A DNA stretch of 64,000 nucleotides from the human T2T-CHM13v2.0 reference genome, Homo sapiens. This document shows, piece after piece, positions 42,161 through 60,046 of this stretch. A model generated the notes under the pieces. The model was not told where the DNA came from, did no database searches, and worked only from the letters and a program-made list of their open reading frames with translations. A program made the translations under genes and the position numbers. The stretch lies in the NCBI RefSeq assembly GCF_009914755.1, contig NC_060941.1, one strand, 5' to 3'. The first letter of the stretch is position 1. Every line of letters starts with the position of its first letter.

Positions 42161-44970
42161 GGCACAATAAGGCACTGAGACCTCATCCATTAGGTGATGA
42201 GGAAACAAGGAATTGTTTTAAAGAGACAGACACCATCACTTGCATTTTCTAAATGTAATTTTGGGGCCAGTAAGCAAATTTCTCTACTAATAAGCCTGGC
42301 TGAGCATGTAAATACATTTTTTCTCCCCATTTATTCTCAATCTTTTCCCAGTGCCATGGACACACTTTTGATCCAATTATTATCAAATATGTGAAATCTT
42401 TACCTTAAATTATTAAATGTGTTTATTATAATAGTATGATTAAAACATCAGCAAAACAAAGAGAATAATATAACAAAAATTTATTATCTAGATTTAACAA
42501 ATATAAGAATGTGGTCTTAGTTATTCTAAGTTTTTTAAATAAATAAATACTACAAATACTTTTGAGACTCCCTTTTTTTCCATCCAAAATCTAATTTTTT
42601 CCCCTTTACCTCCAGACATAACTGCAATTCTAGAGTTGGTAGTACGCTCCCAGTCAGGATTTATACTTTGACTACATACACATGTATTATTTTATCCATT
42701 AAAATTTACACATATTATATGATATAGTATATATCTTTCAGTAACTTCTTTCTTCAATCACATTATTTTTTATAAAATGAGGTCAGACATGCTGGCTCAT
42801 ACCTGTAGTCCTAACTCTTTGAGAGGCTGGGATGGGAGAGTCACTTGAGGCCAGGAGTTCAAGATCAGCTTGGGGAACATAGCGAGACCCTGTCTCTACA
42901 AAAATTTTAAAAATTATCTTATTAGTGTATAGGACTCCTACGTATTCTGAATATGAATTCCTTATCGATTATGTGTTCTGCAAATACCTCTTTCAGTTCA
43001 TGGCTCATCTTTCCCCCTCCTTACGGTATGTTTTTTACCAAATGTTTTCCATTTTTAATGTAGTCAAATTTTACAATATTCTCTTTCATGTTTTATGTGG
43101 TTTAAGAAATAAATTATATCACAAATATATTTTCTCTATTTTCTTCTAAAATTTGGAAGCTTTGCTCTTACAATTAATCCCTTGGGAATTATTTTTCTGC
43201 ACTTTTTAAATAAATGGGTATCCCATTGTTCCAGCACTCTTAGCTAAAGTCAGTCCATCCTTTCTCTGCCTACAGTATTATAAACCAACTCATGTCATAC
43301 ACCAATGTCTAATAAATTGCTTGGTGCAATGCTTGGTCTGTTCTGAGCTCTCCAGTCTGTTACATAGATTTAATTTTCAGTCCCTACACCAGAACTACTC
43401 AAATGCTTCAACTACCACAGTAATTCATTTTTTAAGGAATATGTACACCTTATTTTTTTGCATTTTTAACTCATTCCCTTTTTTTAATTGATATATAATA
43501 GTTGTATATATTTGGGGGGGTACATGTGATATTTTGATACCTGTATACCATGTGTAATGCTCTAATTGGGGTAACTGAGATATCCATTGTCTCAAACATT
43601 TGGCATTTCTTTGTGTTGGGAACATCATATTCTTCTCGTCTAGCTATTTTGAAATAATATATTATTGTTAACTCTAATTTCCCTACTGTACTATCAAATA
43701 CTAGAGCTTATTTCTGAGAACATAGTAATTCATTTTAATACCTGAAAAAGTAATTTTTTTCTCATGCTTTTCCTCAAATGGACTTAGACTTCTTGGCTCT
43801 TTATTTGTCTACGTCAATTTTAGGATAGTTTGGTAAGTTCCATGTTTAAAATAAACCTGTGGTATGTTGATTAGATTGCACCAAATTTATAGATTAACTT
43901 GGGAAGAATTGACATTTTTACCACATTGAGTTTTTCTATCACCGGTGCTTTCATCTCCACGTTTTTAGATATTCTTTTTTACTTCTTAAGTAAAGGTTTG
44001 TAATATTTGATAACAGTCTTGGCTTTTTTTGTTAGAATCATCCTAGATTCCCTAAAATTTCTGTTGCTTTCTGAATGGGGATCTTTTTCAAATTATATTT
44101 TCTAAGTTATTTTTACCTAAATACAAAAACAGCATTGATTATTTTAAATGATTTATATCTAACAAGCTTTCTGAAATCTCTTAGTGTATCTATTGATTCT
44201 CTTTGATTTTATTTCTAGACAACCACATTTTCTGTGAATTTTCTCTATTTCCTTTCCAATTCTCATGGGGCAAAAGTTTCTTACAATGATCCTTTCAAAT
44301 ATAGGACAGTATTTTAAGTATTTTAAGCAGACGACTCAAGTTAAGCTTCCTGCTTCTGCAGACCTGTGACTGCATCTCCAGTACCAAAAGGGAAATAATA
44401 GCACAGACTCCATCCCTGAGAGCCAAATTCCTGGTTCAAAACCCCAAAGGACCACCACAGCATCAGTTATAGCCTAAAACCCCTGCTCTGAGTTTTCTCT
44501 TGGGCTTAGCTACATTTACAAAAAAATTTTAATTTATCTAGAATATGTTTTAATAGAAACAGGACCTGTCAACATGAGTTTGCTTTGCCATGTTGCCCAG
44601 AGTTCTCCTCTGTCTGAAATCTTACACTTCCGTATCATAGGAGCTAATAATGTCTCTGAGCCCTCCAAAATTACTGAATCCTTTGAAACCTGAGGTATTA
44701 TGATTCTGTGTGAAGATGAGAAAGGGCATTTCAAGACAGAAAGCCAAGTGACTTTAGGTGCAAAGATGAAAGAACACATCATGTTTGGGGATAAGATAAT
44801 TAGACCTGCATACCCAGGGCTTAGCATGTACTTCACATGTATACTATATGAGACACCAGGAATTGATGATTGAATTAATTATAGATCGGATTAACTATTC
44901 AGCAAAGTGTTTTAAGAAAAAAAGTTAGGATATATTGGGCTACAGTAACAAATACATCAGAAAATGTTTA

Positions 44971-45288
<318 letters not shown>

Positions 45289-46007
45289 TTAAACAAATAA
45301 GAATTTCTTTTTCTCTAATGGTCATAGTGGGCCCTCTTGGTCATGAGTGGCTCTGCTGGATATGGAGAGCTAGGGACATAGGCTCATTTCACCATGCAAC
45401 TCCATCATCACATTCAGCCTCTTCACCATTTGCATTCAGTTGGGACAAGGAGAAAAAGGGTATGGAGGAGCTCAATGAGTAGAACTCAGTTGGTAAAATG
45501 AAGTTACCTTACCACACCTCGTTGCAAGGGAGGCTGGGAAATGTAGTCTAATAGAGTGTCCACGAGGAAGACAGCAACGCAGATTTAGGTGAGCAGCTGG
45601 TAGTCTCTACGACAATTAGTATGATCTCAAAATGCAAGATGGATCAAAGAAGAGGGAACTGTAGTGAAGCAGTTAAGGGACTACTACAATACTTAAGTTG
45701 AAAATGATGATGGTCTAAGCTAAATTAGTAAAGGGTAATTTAGCTTAGGTAAGTAAAGAGAAAAGTTGAGTTATATAACAATTTTTTCAAATGAAGATTC
45801 AACAAGGTCAGACGTACAGGCAGAAGATAAACTGGATGAGTGTTTCTGTGAGAATCCCACATGTGGGGAACCATGAAATAAACCTGGGTTCAACTCAATA
45901 ATTGAGTGCAAATTAATTGGTGCACAAAATGAATGATATTTTACAAAAATCAATTTGGAAGACATAAACATAAACAAGTTATGATTTTCCTCTTCAAAAA
46001 CATCTTG

Positions 46008-46318
<311 letters not shown>

Positions 46319-46495
46319 TTAAGTGCAGAGTGTGGGGTTTGGTCAGACATGTTAGCAGGATGACTGAATATGGAAATATGGGAAAAAGAAATCGAGACCA
46401 CAGATACAGACATGACAGTTTACTAAAGAATAGTTGAATCCACTGTGGACTTGGATTACTACAAAAAGAAATAAGGAAGACAAGGAAGAGAAGAC

Positions 46496-46932
46496 TGCTA
46501 TGGATTGAGTTTGCCCTCACCAAAACTCATGTTGAAATGTGATCCCCAGTGTGGGAGGTGTTGGGAGGTAAAGCCTAGTGGGAAGCGTTTGAGTCAAGGG
46601 GGTGGATCCCTCATGAGTGGTCTGGTGCTGTTCTCATGGTAGTAAGTGTGTTCTCATTCTCTCAAGACTGGATTAATCTTAAGGGAATGTTCCTACAGGA
46701 GTGGGTTGTGATAAAACCAGTATACTTCTCGGGTTTTCTCTCTTCCCCTGTATCCACTTCCCTGTTGACCTTCTCTGACAGGTTATGATGCAGCAAGAAA
46801 GCCCTTGCCAGAAGCCAGGGCCACGCTCTTGAATGTCCCAGCCTACAGATCCATGAGACAATTCAACCTCTTTTCTTATAAATTCCCCAGTCTCAAGTAT
46901 TCTGTTATAGCAACACAAAATGAACCAAGACA
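46496..46932 (+). mobile_element. MST-family (MSTB/C-like) solo LTR
   Basis: TGCTATGG...CTCATGTTGAAA...TTATAGCAACACAAAATGAACCAAGACA; TSD AAGAC/AAGGC. Confidence 0.85.
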
Positions 46933-47789
46933 AAGGCCAGTGGAAAAAGCACTGTGATTATGTATAGTTATGGGCTTTGAAAAGAGAGAAAAGCTGTCAA
47001 AAAGATAGGGAATATCTTTGAAAATCGAACACCTGTGGAGTAAGTTCACTGAGCTTGTTTTTCTAGGACCTAATGCCAGTTGTCTTTCTGTTTTAGAATC
47101 TGATGGCAGTGTAGACACCTCTGACTTCCTGGGCTCTGGGCTCACCCCGAGACTGGTTGGAGGAACAACTTTAAATTGTTCACTGCATTCCTACTATGAT
47201 ACATCCTTTGCACTGGAGGATTTTTTGTTTGTTTTTTTCACAAGGACTCCAAGAGGCTATCCTTTTCTTACCATGTGTAATAAAATTATTGTGTGAGTCT
47301 GGCTTTCCTATTCAATTATAAGGTCCTTGAGAACAGATGCTATGTCTTGTGTAACAAATAAGTGGATGAATAACTGTATTTTCACATATTTATTGTTTCT
47401 CTACAAAGTAAAAAAAAATCTAAGACATGAAACATGAAATTAGGTTTTTGTTATGTGATTAAATTATAGATATTAAGGTGGTGGTGCTACATTTGGAAGG
47501 ACAACCATCTTTACTTCACAGATCGCTAACTTCTTAGACATGAGTGTCCAGGAGGTCAATGAGAGTTCGTCCCATTGACCAACAGAGATTTTACCCAAAA
47601 GTGCTGGCTATATTTATGATTGTAAAAACCAGGTATAGCCATGGCTAATGAAAAGTGGTGGATAAGTTTGACAGCAGGTGAATTTGTAAAATAATTAAAA
47701 ACGTTTAAGTGGTAGATAAGGCAGACTATAACACACACTAACTGCGCTAATAATTCTGGGTTCCTCTCCCCTTTCATGCTGAAGAAGCC

Positions 47790-48719
47790 ATGAAGAAAGA
47801 AAATCAATCCTTTAACCTGGATTTTATTCTCCTGGGAGTTACTAGTCAGCAAGAACAGAATAATGTCTTCTTTGTGATTTTTTTGTGCATTTACCCCATC
47901 ACACTGACTGGAAATCTGCTCATCATCTTGGCCATCTGTGCTGACATTCGCCTTCACAACCCCATGTATTTTCTCCTTGCCAACCTCTCCTTGGTTGACA
48001 TCATCTTCTCATCCGTAACCATCCCTAAGGTGCTGGCCAACCATCTCTTGGGCAGCAAGTTCATCTCCTTTGGGGGATGCCTAATGCAGATGTATTTCAT
48101 GATAGCCTTGGCCAAGGCAGACAGCTATACCTTGGCTGCAATGGCATACGATCGAGCTGTGGCCATCAGCTGCCCACTTCATTACACAACAATTATGAGT
48201 CCACGGTCTTGTATCCTGCTTATTGCTGGGTCTTGGGTGATTGGAAACACCAGTGCTCTCCCCCACACTCTGCTCACAGCTAGTTTGTCCTTCTGTGGCA
48301 ACCAGGAAGTAGCCAATTTCTACTGTGACATTATGCCTTTGCTGAAGTTGTCCTGTTCTGACGTCCACTTTAATGTGAAGATGATGTACCTAGGGGTCGG
48401 CGTTTTCTCTTTGCCATTACTATGCATCATTGTCTCCTATGTTCAGGTCTTTTCCACAGTCTTCCAAGTTCCATCTACCAAGAGTCTATTCAAAGCCTTC
48501 TGCACCTGTGGCTCCCACCTCACAGTTGTTTTTTTATATTATGGTACAACGATGGGCATGTATTTCCGCCCTCTGACCAGTTACAGCCCCAAAGATGCAG
48601 TGATAACTGTGATGTATGTGGCAGTGACCCCAGCATTAAATCCTTTCATCTATAGTCTGAGAAATTGGGATATGAAGGCAGCCCTACAGAAACTCTTCAG
48701 CAAGAGAATCTCCTCATAG
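47790..48719 (+). CDS. OR1A2: Olfactory receptor 1A2, 309 aa, intact single-exon CDS
   Basis: NQS glycosylation site, LHNPMYFLL, MAYDRAVAIS (OR1A-type), KAFCTCGSHL, PALNPFIYSLRN; GCCATGA start context. Confidence 0.95.
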   Translation: MKKENQSFNLDFILLGVTSQQEQNNVFFVIFLCIYPITLTGNLLIILAICADIRLHNPMYFLLANLSLVDIIFSSVTIPKVLANHLLGSKFISFGGCLMQMYFMIALAKADSYTLAAMAYDRAVAISCPLHYTTIMSPRSCILLIAGSWVIGNTSALPHTLLTASLSFCGNQEVANFYCDIMPLLKLSCSDVHFNVKMMYLGVGVFSLPLLCIIVSYVQVFSTVFQVPSTKSLFKAFCTCGSHLTVVFLYYGTTMGMYFRPLTSYSPKDAVITVMYVAVTPALNPFIYSLRNWDMKAALQKLFSKRISS

Positions 48720-49639
48720 CCGCTGTGAGATTACACGCTGGATACTGTAATGACCAAGTGGGATACACTTGGAAATCCAGCTCCAATGTCATTGCCCTTC
48801 AAGAAGCTCCTTTTGTTCTTTTGAGCCAGAAATTCCTCTACCAGAAATCTTGTAACGGATGTGATATTTTATTGAAATTATCACTTTGGACAAATTCCTG
48901 CTCTTTTTTGAGAGAGTGGCAGGCTGGGAATATCAGGTTCATGTCCCAGTTAGCAGAAATTTACTAGCAGAGTAAAGTTGAAAAAGTCTGAGTCTCAGCT
49001 TGCATATCTACATGTTAGGAAAATAATATCTGCCGGACTCTCTGACACAGCTTGTGTATATCAAAATGGCTCATGCTTTGAAGGCTACAAATTACTATTC
49101 TAATGTAATCTTTACTGGACTTTTATGTCTAGCCACCCCTACTATACTTGTACTCTGGTGGCAAAAGCTGTGTTAACATATCACTTACTTTTTTAGTATT
49201 TTGATCATATAAAATATTGGTGGAAAGCAGGAAAATGTATAAAAATATTAGTTTCTGAAATACAATCTGATAATGAATAAACATAATCAAACTGCATAGT
49301 ATTCATTCATGTATTATAGAGCTGGTATGTCTGTTAAGGTCAGTTAAGATCCATGCAGGAAACAGAAATCACACTTGGTATATTTATACCAAGAAGATTT
49401 GATACAGAGAATTGGCTACATAGGTGTATCCTGAAAGAGACTAAATAGTGAAAAGGCAGATGCTGATGCCACCCACAGATTACCAACGGCATGAAGAAGA
49501 TACCTCAGGCAGAACTAGGAAAATAAAAGTGTAAATGTGGTGTTACCGAAACCTAGACCCTCCAAGGAGGGATGACCACACATTTGATGCCCAGGTCTCT
49601 GAACACAGGTACCAAAGAGCTGGCACTTGGCCCTTATCT

Positions 49640-49890
49640 GGTCAGCTAAGCCAAATTTTCACTTCTGGGGATCTGAGGCCTCAGCAGTAGTAGCGACTGT
49701 TTAAATGCTTCTGGTTGGTGCAGTTTATATTCACCTTTGCTACTGGGTATGGAAAGAATAAGAAGCACCCCAGACATAATTGTAATCATGAGCTTCTGCC
49801 TCTCATTGTGTAGCAGCAACACAATGTCTTTGGTAACTGGGTCAGTCACTCCAGCCAGTAGAGAAATCCCTTTCTCTGAATGACCCACAG
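49640..49890 (-). mobile_element. Degenerate ERVL-type internal fragment (dUTPase-like)
   Basis: KGISLLAGVTDP..DIVLLLHN resembles recalled ERVL dUTPase GVTVLAGVIDPDYQ.EI.LLLHN. Confidence 0.5.
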
Positions 49891-50589
49891 AGCCATGCTA
49901 CAATTTGGTTAAATCTCAGCAACACGACATTAAGTTTGAAAAATGCAAATCCCAAAAGATTATTATTAATGCTTTTTATATGGTTATGAACAACTGAAAC
50001 AACTAAAAATGTGCTTTCCTGGAATATACATAAATGCCATTAAAGTGCACTAAAAACAAAAGAAAATGATGAGCATAGGATCAGGATGAGAGAAAATTCA
50101 AGGGGAGAGACTAAGGGGATGGAAATGGGGATAGCGTATGGTTAGATTTCGGTTGCTACTAAACTCATAATTTTCAGGTTGGGTGATGGGTCATTGGGTA
50201 TTCATGGTAGTATGATAGACGGATGTATAGATAGGTAGATTGATTAAATAAAAGCTCTTCATGATGCAATAACGAGAGCATGAGAGTTCGTCTTGAGACA
50301 ATGATTAGTAAGAGGGCAATAAGGGAGGAGCAGGTAGTGGTTAGATCAGGAGTGAAATTAGGCAGCCCCTAAAACAATCTTAGGATGAGACAGTGAAGAC
50401 ATAGACAAAGGGTGAGATAGAGTGGTAATATGGAAATAGAAAAAATAGGATATAGTATTTTTATGATAATAGTAAGTAAAGGTATGTCTTTAAGATTTTG
50501 AGGTTGAGCCACTAAAAGAAAAAAAAAATGCCTTTAGTGGAAATAGTGAACAAGAGTACTATGAGAAAAACTTAACAAAAACTAACACT

Positions 50590-54512
<3,923 letters not shown>

Positions 54513-54516
54513 GATC

Positions 54517-56275
54517 TCTTTTTCTCCACAACCTTGCCAGCATCTGTTATTTTTTGACTTTTTATTAATAGCCATTTTAACTGCTGTGAGATGGTATTTC
54601 TCATTGTGGTTTGGATTTGCATTTCTCTAATAATCAGTGATGTTGAGTTTTTCGTATGCTCGTTGGCCACATGTATGTCTTCTGGGAAGTGTCTGTTCAT
54701 GTTATTTGCCCACTTTTTGTGAGGTTGTTGGTTTTTCTTTTCTTCTTGTCTAAGTTCCTTATAGATGCTGGATATTAGACCTTCATTGGATGCATAGTTT
54801 GCAACATTTTTCTCCCATTCTGTCGGTTGTCTTAAAGTTTACTCCGTTGATAGTTTCTTTTGCTGTGCAGAAGCTCTTTAGTTTAACTAGATCCCATTTG
54901 TCAATTTTTGCTTTTGTTGCCATTGCTTTTGGTGTCTCTGTCATGAAATTTTTGCCCATGCCTATGTCTTGAATGGTATTGCCTAGGTTGTCTTCCAGGG
55001 TTTTATAGTTTTGGGTTTTGCCTTTAAGTTTTTAATCCATCTTGAGCTAATATTTGTATATGGTATAAAAATGGAGAGAAAATTCTCAATAACCTTCTTA
55101 CACCACAGGCTTCCTCCTTATCAGACCAGTAGTGGATAGTATCAGACATGCTGCAGATTAAAAAGACATTTGTGGGTCAACCTTTAATATTTACCATTAA
55201 TCACAGGAATACTTTGTTTTATTGTACTTAACTTTATTGCTCTTCACATATGTTGTGTTTTTGGTTTTTGGTTTCTGTTTTCTAACAAATTGAAGGTTTA
55301 TGGCAACCCTGCATCGAGCAAGAGTATCAGTGTCATTTTTCCAATCGCATGTGCTCACTTTGTGTCTCTATCACATTTTGTAATTATCACAATATTCTCT
55401 CCTTTTTTATTGCTGTCATATCTGTTATGATGATCTGTGATCAGTGATCTTTGATCTTACTATTGTAATTGTTTTGGTGTGCCACAAATCATGCCCATAT
55501 AAGAAGGCAAACTTAATCAATAAATGTGCGTGTGCTGACTAAAAAAAAAAAAAAAGGTGTAAGAAAGGGGTTGGTGGGTGTGTAAAGTGGTTCAACCGTT
55601 GTGGAAGACAGTGTGACAAGTCTTCAAAAACCTAAAGTCAGAAATACCATTCAACCCAGCAATCCCCATTACTGGGTATACAACCAAAGAGACAGAAATT
55701 GTTCTATTATAAAGACACATGCATGTGTATGTTCACTGCAGCACCATTCGCAACAGCAAAGACATGAATCAACCCAAATGCCCATCGATGATAGACTGGG
55801 TAAAGAAAATGTGTCACATATACGCCATGGAATACTCTGCAGCTATAAAAAGAACAAGATCATGTCCTTTGCAGGGACATGGATGGAGCTTGGAGGCCAT
55901 TATCCTTAGCAAACTAACACAAGAACAGAAAACCAAATACTGCATATTCTCGCTTATAAGTGGGAGCTAAATGATGAGAACGGATGGACACATAGAGGGA
56001 AACAACACACACACTGGGGCCTATCAGATGGTGGAGGATGGGAGGAGGGAGAGAATCAGGAAAAATAACTAATGGATACTAAGCTTAATACCTGGGTGAT
56101 GAAATAATTGGTACAACAAACCCCCATGATACACGTTTACCTACATAACAAACCTGCACATCCTGCACATGTACCCCTGAACTTAAAAGTTCTTAAAAAG
56201 GCAAACCACCATGACACACATATACCTATGTAAGAGACCTGCAAGTTCTGCACATGTATCACATTTTTTAGAAGA
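54517..56275 (+). mobile_element. 5'-inverted L1PA (PA10-13-like): inverted part 54517-55570, direct part 55571-56275
   Basis: Inverted and direct parts are almost contiguous in the L1 ORF2 consensus. Confidence 0.8.
55203..55540 (+). mobile_element. Tigger1-derived fragment within a polyadenylated insert
   Basis: ACAAATTGAAGGTTTATGGCAACCCTGC matches the reverse complement of about 18710-18740. Confidence 0.8.
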
Positions 56276-56760
56276 AATGAAGGGGGAAAAGCATCACTTC
56301 CTTCATAATTCTATGCCATTGTGCAGTTTTGGCCCCTAATACGTACCCAGTAAACAAAGCATGGAATCAGTAAGAAGTTCTGAGAAGGGCACAAGGAGCA
56401 AAATGTGATTACTAAGAAGAAAGTATCTATCTGGAATGTCATCTTATCTGTGCCTGAGAGTCCATGTCCAGGAAACCGAAATGTAGTCTCAATATAGGGC
56501 AGGTAAAGACAGAGCAAACAGGAAGGCGCAGGCAGAAACATGTTTGCAGGAAAATGCAATTCTGCCAGTGGTTCAACCTCTACCATGTGTAGAATCTGAT
56601 AGATTTTGTAGAGTTGTATAATACAACAATCACATGACTAGTAGTAAAGCAGGCAGTATTATAGGTCGTCGTATAGAAGTAGCAAAGCATAGAGGAAGGA
56701 ATAACAGTTAACATTTCCTAAGTGCTAACTACGTGCCAGGCTGTTTTAAGAGCTATCAGG

Positions 56761-57076
<316 letters not shown>

Positions 57077-57477
57077 TCATTCATTTGATCCTTATAGCAA
57101 CTTAATGAAGATATTGCTGTTGCTATTGTGGTTATTCCATTTTAGATATGAGCAAATGCATTAAATACATAAATGTCTGAGGTCAGTTACAACTAGTTAG
57201 TGGCAGAGCCAGAATTCAAACCCAGCCAGAACCCATCATCTTCTCAGGGTCCTCTATAGAAAGGCAGTGAACCCTCTGCCACCGGAGGTGCTGAGCCACA
57301 GGATAATGACCATTAGTCAGGGCTACTATAAGGGTGACACATATGTGAAGTGGGCCAGATAACACTAGGCCCTTTCCACTCTAAAAAAAAAAAAAAAAAA
57401 GGCCTACTATCTGCATGCTAGATTAAAAACAAGTAGACAAGTATAACTTCCACCCTAAACTTCCTTGAGAATAAATT

Positions 57478-58276
57478 CTAGAGAAAAGATGAAATATAAC
57501 TCTTCTCTGTAGTCTAAACAGCAGACTGGAAGAAAGACTAGGAGCTTAACTCCACCATAATCCTTGTAGCTCCCAAGGGGCACTTCTGCGTTTGTGCAAA
57601 GGAGAGGGGGTCACATTCCAACAGCGAGGTTGGAATAGCTCACCCCAGGGCTTGGACCTTGGAGACACACTCTCTGGAAAGCCTCCAGTCCATCCGTCCT
57701 CCTGGAAATGATTACTCTTGTGAGCCACTGTGTCCCCTCGGGACACAGGTGAAGGAGTATGTAAATAAGCTGCAACAATTACTCTAACTTTGGCTCGGAT
57801 GAAGTCCTGGAGGAATCACCTTTCCAGAGACTTGATAACCAGGTGACTAATGCCCACTTTTCTCTATGCTGTGACCTGCCTGCTTCCTTGAGGAGGAAAC
57901 TCGACTCCTTGTCCTCAAGCTCTTTCGGGGTAGCTCCTCTTGTCCCTTCGGCTCCCCTGTTGGGAAACTGGGGACTCCTCCTTCTAAACCATCCCATTCC
58001 TGTGTCCTCCACCTCAGGAACAGAGGATTGTTCCCCATCCTGCCACTGCTTCTCCAGCATGGCTGCCCTCAAACGGGATGCTAGCAGGTGCTAGATGAAC
58101 TAACTGCAAACTTCCTTTCTGTGGAGGAGAAGTGAAGGCCACAGGGCCAGGACCCTTTTTAAAAGCATCTGAACTGACTCCACAGATAGGGACTTAGACA
58201 TTGGAAGAGACTGTATCACAGCAACATCAAAGGGTAGACAGCCAGCAACTGTAGGCTACTTGCCCAAGAGGTAAGT
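57478..58276 (+). promoter_or_regulatory. Candidate promoter / 5' non-coding exon of the next OR1A gene (probably OR1A1)
   Basis: Paralogous to 39828-40086; EBF-like CTCCCAAGGGG (57570), CCCCAGGG (57643), CCCTCGGGA (57735); TGTAAATAA 57760; donor GAG|GTAAGT at 58270/58271. Confidence 0.55.
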
Positions 58277-58413
58277 TGAATTATGATGTCATTTTATCAA
58301 ACATAAAAAGACGGTAAATTGAACTGCCCAAAGACACACACAGAGATAGTGGCAAAATTAGAACTCAAATCTTGGCCTGGCTCCAGTATCCAAGTTCTGA
58401 GGATCAGATGGAC

Positions 58414-58647
58414 AAGAGAGAGATAGAGATAGAGATAGAGATATATATATAGAGAGAGAGAGAGGAGGAGGAGGAGGAGGAGGAGGACCCTCCCCTTCTG
58501 ATAATGTTTCTCCTTGGGCTGTTGTCCATGAAAACAGCATCAGAAAAAGATAATTCTGATTTGCTTTTCTCAGTCTTTAGCTCTTTCTACCTCCTATAGT
58601 AATATAGTGTGTGTGTGCATGTGTGTGTGTGTAAGAGAGAGCGAGAG
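58414..58647. repeat. Compound microsatellites (GAGATA)n(TA)n(GA)n(GGA)n and (TG)n
   Basis: Direct inspection. Confidence 0.9.
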
Positions 58648-59292
58648 CACCTGCCAAAAGTGCATTGTCTTAGAGACCTACAAAATCACCTTGGTCATGC
58701 TAATGGGCCCATTAGAAAACATGGTATTTCATTACCAAAGCACTGATGAGCTGAACTATCATGGAAGTCTCAACGTACTGAGAGATGCATCTTGGTGGTC
58801 TACACTGCTACCCAGATAAGGGGAAACACTTGCCTCCTCTGTCCCTGCAGAATTGTTTTCAGCACCACCCCATTCACATGGCTGATATCTCAGAGGATGA
58901 CGCTTTCCAGGAAAGTGGGTATTAAAGGCGCCGCAATGTTCAAGGCCCTGACGTCATCCCAGTGAACTCAAGGCCCGGTACGTCTCCAGCATGCATGTTG
59001 AGGCACCTCCTGGCTTCTCTTCTTGGTGGTAGAGGGTCTTTTTACCTCTTTCCCCTAGTCTGATATATGGCCCCTGGGTCCCTCTTCCAGTATAAATAAA
59101 CCTCCATTTATTCTCAACCTCTTTACAAGGAACATTCTATCTCCTACCTTAAATGAAACATGAACTTGAGCCACCCAGCTCCATCGCTGTCCTCTGGACC
59201 AAATCATCACAGAACATGTGAAATAACAACAGAAGCTCATCATCTAGATTATACAAATGGAACATTAGGTATTTGCTCCAACTGTTTCTTTT

Positions 59293-59595
59293 TAATTTTT
59301 TTAAATTATTTTATTTTTCCTTAAGTTACTGGGGTACAGGTGGTATTTGGTTACATGAGTAAGTTCTTTAGTGGTGATTTGTGAGATCCTGGTGCGCCCA
59401 TCACCTAAGCAGTATACACTGCACCATATATGTTGTCTTTTATCCCTCGCCCCCTTCGCACTCTTCCCCCCGAGTCCCCAAAGTCCACTGTATCATTCTT
59501 ATGCCTTTGCATCCTCATAGCTTAGCTCCCACATATCAGTGAGAACATACGATGTTTGGTTTTCCATTCCTGAGTTACTTCACTTAGAATAATAC
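59293..59595 (-). mobile_element. L1PB-type 3' end
   Basis: GGGGTACAGGTGGTATTTGGTTACATGAGTAAGTTC. Confidence 0.85.
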
Positions 59596-59609
59596 AACAT
59601 AAATATTGC

Positions 59610-60046
59610 AGGCCAGGTGTGGTGGCTTATGCCGGGAATTTCAATAGTTTGGGAGGCTGAAGTGGGAGGATCACTTCAGGCCAGGAGTTTTAGACCAACC
59701 TGGGCAACGCAGTAAAACCCTGTCTCTACAAAAATAATTGTTAAATTATTTTTATTATTTTTAAAAAAGTTTTGTGGGTACATAGTACAATTCAATTTAC
59801 CATATCTTTATGGGGTAACATGAGATGTTTTGATACAGGCATGCCATGTGAAATAAACACATCATGGAGATCTACAAATCCAATTTTTAAAAAATTAGCT
59901 GGGAGTGGTGGCACACACCTGTAGTCCCACTTGAGCGGCAGATTCAGGGTGATTGCTTGAGACCAGGAGTTCAAGGCTGCAGTGAGCCATGATCATACCA
60001 CTGCCCTCCAGCCTGGGCAACAGAGTGAGACCTTGTTTCTAAATAA
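59610..60046 (+). mobile_element. AluJ split in its linker by an L1MA 3' fragment (about 59745-59870, -)
   Basis: Left arm ends TCTACAAAA; right arm resumes after TCTACAAA. Confidence 0.75.
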
